Shown piece by piece: positions 61,207 through 64,000 of a stretch of 64,000 nucleotides of DNA. The DNA comes from Geopsychrobacteraceae bacterium (GTDB taxonomy: Bacteria > Desulfobacterota > Desulfuromonadia > Desulfuromonadales > Geopsychrobacteraceae), in contig OY759353.1 of the NCBI GenBank assembly GCA_963662315.1, positions 4,096,001 to 4,160,000 of the forward strand, given 5' to 3'. The notes beneath the pieces are model-generated. The model saw nothing but the letters and a program-made list of their open reading frames with translations, was not told the origin of the DNA and made no database searches. Positions within the stretch are counted from its first letter, which is position 1. Every line of letters begins with the position of its first letter. A program made the translations under genes and the position numbers.

Positions 61207-62142
61207 GTGGCAAAAAAGCGAAAACGTAAAAATACGAGAACTTATAAATTTTACCAGTCTCTGAAGTTCCGGGCTGAATATGCGTTGTTGCGTCTGGTCA
61301 GTATGATTGCCAGGATGTTACCTCGTGATACTGCTCTTAATCTGGGGGGCTGGTTGGGCGTTGCCGCCAGCAAAGTGATGACAGGACGTTATCAGCTCGC
61401 CCGTGAAAACATGATCAATGCCCTGCCGGAGTTGTCCCGGGATCAGATTGATCGGCATATCCAGGATAATTTTCGCCATTTTGGTAAAAACGCCGTTGAA
61501 ATGTTGCGTTTTCCATTGTTGACGCTGGATCAGGTCAGAAACACTTTTCAAATTCAGGGGCTGGAACATCTGCACGAAGCGTTGCGCCTGGATAAGGGCG
61601 TGATCCTGATGACGGGGCATCTGGGATTTTGGGAGGCCGGGTCTTATCTGCTCCCCGCCCTGGGAATCCCCTGTGATATTGTCGCCAAACCGATGAAGAA
61701 CCCTTTGGCTGATAGCTTCTTTGCCGGCATCCGTGAAAAGTACGGGGCTTCGATATTAAACAGCAAGAAGGGTGCGCGACGGATCCGGACCGCCCTTAAG
61801 TCCGGGCATGCTGTTGCGGTTTTGCTCGATCAGCATATTTCTCCACCTGGGTCGGTCGTGACGTGCTTTTTTAATCGTGACGCTTACACGACAAGCGCCA
61901 TCACCAGCATGGCGATGAAACATCAGATTCCCGTGGTGCCGCTGTTCTGTTTACGTAACCCGGACAACAGTTACCGCGGCTGGATTGAGCCGATGCTGCT
62001 GCTCGACGATGGTGGCCCGGATGCGGTTATACAGAACACCCAGAAGCTGACCAATATTATTGAAGCCGCGATCCGCCAGGATGTTTCACAATGGTTCTGG
62101 ATGCATAGGCGCTGGCGGGTCAAGAAAAGAAAGAATCAATAA
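61207..62142 (+). CDS. Lipid A late acyltransferase (LpxL/HtrB family)
   Basis: [21 protein letters not shown]. Confidence 0.88.
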   Translation: MAKKRKRKNTRTYKFYQSLKFRAEYALLRLVSMIARMLPRDTALNLGGWLGVAASKVMTGRYQLARENMINALPELSRDQIDRHIQDNFRHFGKNAVEMLRFPLLTLDQVRNTFQIQGLEHLHEALRLDKGVILMTGHLGFWEAGSYLLPALGIPCDIVAKPMKNPLADSFFAGIREKYGASILNSKKGARRIRTALKSGHAVAVLLDQHISPPGSVVTCFFNRDAYTTSAITSMAMKHQIPVVPLFCLRNPDNSYRGWIEPMLLLDDGGPDAVIQNTQKLTNIIEAAIRQDVSQWFWMHRRWRVKKRKNQ

Positions 62143-62195
62143 CGGCATTCGCATTGATTGAATGCCCTCAAAATATCTTTAAAGGAACGAAAGAA

Positions 62196-63782
62196 GTGAG
62201 TAAAGAACTGCAACGGGAAGTTAGCAAGCGCCGCACCTTCGGGATTATCAGTCACCCTGATGCCGGTAAAACAACCTTGACGGAAAAATTACTGCTGTTT
62301 GGCGGGGCTATCCAGATGGCGGGAACGGTCAAAGCCCGGAAATCGAGTCGCCATGCCACCAGTGACTGGATGAGTATCGAGAAAGAGCGGGGCATCTCGG
62401 TATCGTCATCCGTCATGAAATTTGACTATCGTGATTATGAAGTCAATCTTCTGGATACTCCAGGTCACCAGGACTTTTCCGAGGATACCTACCGGGTTCT
62501 GACTGCGGTTGACAGCGCCTTGATGGTCATCGACAGTGCCAATGGTGTCGAGCGACAGACTGAAAAGCTGATGGAAGTCTGCCGGATGCGCAATACGCCG
62601 GTTCTGACTTTTATCAACAAGCTGGACCGTGAAGGTCTCGATCCTCTTGATGTGCTGGCCGATATCGAAGAAAAACTGCAGATTGAGTGCGCGCCACTGT
62701 CCTGGCCGATCGGCATGGGGAAACGCTTCAAAGGGGTTTATAATATCTACCGCAAAGAGCTGAACCTGTTTCGCCCCGGGAGTGATTCGCGCACGACTGA
62801 AACCGTGAAGATCTCCTCTCTGGACGATCCAAAACTGGATGAGATCCTCGGCTCTCAGGCGGACGAATTGCGTTCCGATATTGAATTGCTCGAAGGTGCC
62901 GCCAATCCTTTTGACTTGGAAGAGTATCTGCGTGCCAACCAGACCCCGGTCTTTTTCGGCAGTGCCATCAATAACTTCGGGGTACAGGAGATGCTGGACG
63001 CCTTCGTTGAACTGGCTCCGGCACCCAGTCCGCGTGAAACGGTTGAACGGATGGTCAGCCCTGCAGAAGAGGAATTTTCCGGTTTTGTCTTTAAGATCCA
63101 GGCCAATATGGACCCGGCCCACCGTGACCGGATCGCTTTTCTCCGTATCTGCTCCGGTAAGTTTACCCGTGGCATGAAAGTCCGTCATCACCGCCTGGGC
63201 AAAGATATCATTCTCTCCAACGCCACCATCTTTATGGCTCAGGATCGCGCCAACGTTGAAGAAGCTTTTGCCGGAGATATCATCGGCCTGCATAATCACG
63301 GAACGATTAAAATCGGTGATACCTTCAGTGAAAAAGAAACCCTGAAGTTTACCGGTATCCCCAACTTTGCCCCTGAACATTTCCGCCGGGTCAGACTCAA
63401 AGATCCGCTGAAATCAAAGCAGCTGCATAAAGGGCTGATCCAGCTGGCGGAGGAGGGCGCTGTGCAGGTGTTCAAGCCGGTCTCGGGTGCGGAATTTATT
63501 CTGGGAGCTGTCGGTGTGCTGCAGTTTGACGTTACCATGGAGCGCCTGAAGTCGGAATATAATGTCGCTGCGGTTTATGAAGGGGTTGATTATTCAACCG
63601 CCCGCTGGATTGAATGTGATGACCGCAAGCTGTTTGATGATTTTCAGAAGAAGAATCAGGTGCATCTGGCCCACGACGCTGAAGGGCATCTGACCTATCT
63701 GGCTGCCAGTGAATGGCGTCTTGGGCATACCATGGAACAGTGGGAGGGTGTACGGTTCCTGAAATCGCGCGAGCATAGTTAG
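62196..63782 (+). CDS. prfC: Peptide chain release factor 3
   Basis: [48 protein letters not shown]; probable GTG start at 62196. Confidence 0.97.
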   Translation: MSKELQREVSKRRTFGIISHPDAGKTTLTEKLLLFGGAIQMAGTVKARKSSRHATSDWMSIEKERGISVSSSVMKFDYRDYEVNLLDTPGHQDFSEDTYRVLTAVDSALMVIDSANGVERQTEKLMEVCRMRNTPVLTFINKLDREGLDPLDVLADIEEKLQIECAPLSWPIGMGKRFKGVYNIYRKELNLFRPGSDSRTTETVKISSLDDPKLDEILGSQADELRSDIELLEGAANPFDLEEYLRANQTPVFFGSAINNFGVQEMLDAFVELAPAPSPRETVERMVSPAEEEFSGFVFKIQANMDPAHRDRIAFLRICSGKFTRGMKVRHHRLGKDIILSNATIFMAQDRANVEEAFAGDIIGLHNHGTIKIGDTFSEKETLKFTGIPNFAPEHFRRVRLKDPLKSKQLHKGLIQLAEEGAVQVFKPVSGAEFILGAVGVLQFDVTMERLKSEYNVAAVYEGVDYSTARWIECDDRKLFDDFQKKNQVHLAHDAEGHLTYLAASEWRLGHTMEQWEGVRFLKSREHS

Positions 63783-63923
63783 TTTTCATCCGGAAACGGC
63801 CCTTTTCCGCTGTGGTGGTGTCAATCTGCGGGTTTTCTTGTGCGGCGTAAAGTACTACGCCTCCGCGCAACCCCTTGATCTCCTTGCCACAACAAAAAAT
63901 TGCTCGTTTCCAATCTGAAAACT
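63781..63923. repeat. About 143-bp palindromic intergenic repeat (MITE-like)
   Basis: Outer imperfect inverted repeat AGTTTTCATCCGGAAACG / CGTTTCCAATCTGAAAACT and central GCGGCGTA-AAGTAC-TACGCC hairpin; 19 bp identical to 39084-39102. Confidence 0.6.
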
Positions 63924-64000
63924 TAACTCGTTGCCCTTCGGAGTTTCCGAATGGCAACGAGTTAAGTTTCGTATTCAATATATTGAAAAAAGGACCTCTG

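Overview
Bacterial chromosomal window, probably from a Desulfuromonadales/Geobacter-like deltaproteobacterium (inferred from gene content only). 1-6.4 kb is a mobile-DNA graveyard: an attC-bounded methyltransferase cassette with no integrase in view, a broken RAYT (Y1/HUH) transposase between 25-bp inverted repeats, and an intact IS256 inserted into a hipA remnant. 6.5-42.3 kb is housekeeping, signalling and transport: efpL, a hybrid kinase, a GIDE-LemA-J-domain operon, malic enzyme, arfB, a heme MCP, a liv operon with an ANTAR-like leader, SulP/Usp, an M23 peptidase, a B12-riboswitch btu operon and a CitA/CitB-type two-component system. 42.3-58.8 kb is a conflict island: an orphan PAAR-like(DUF4150)-Tle1 phospholipase effector with its immunity lipoprotein, then a full type I-C CRISPR-Cas locus (cas3-5-8(11)-7-[four-helix-bundle gene split by IS4]-4-1-2) and an array with 53 full repeats. 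uraA, upp, a lipid A acyltransferase and prfC close the window. The most unusual signal is a 71-bp module of heptad repeats, a covarying hairpin, an RBS and the ATG. It is shared (63/71 identical, no gaps) by the toxin gene and by the Avd/IVP-like four-helix-bundle gene inside the cas operon, and the same heptads recur inside that gene's coding sequence, where the IS4 inserted. All calls come from reading the sequence and recognising motifs; no searches were run.
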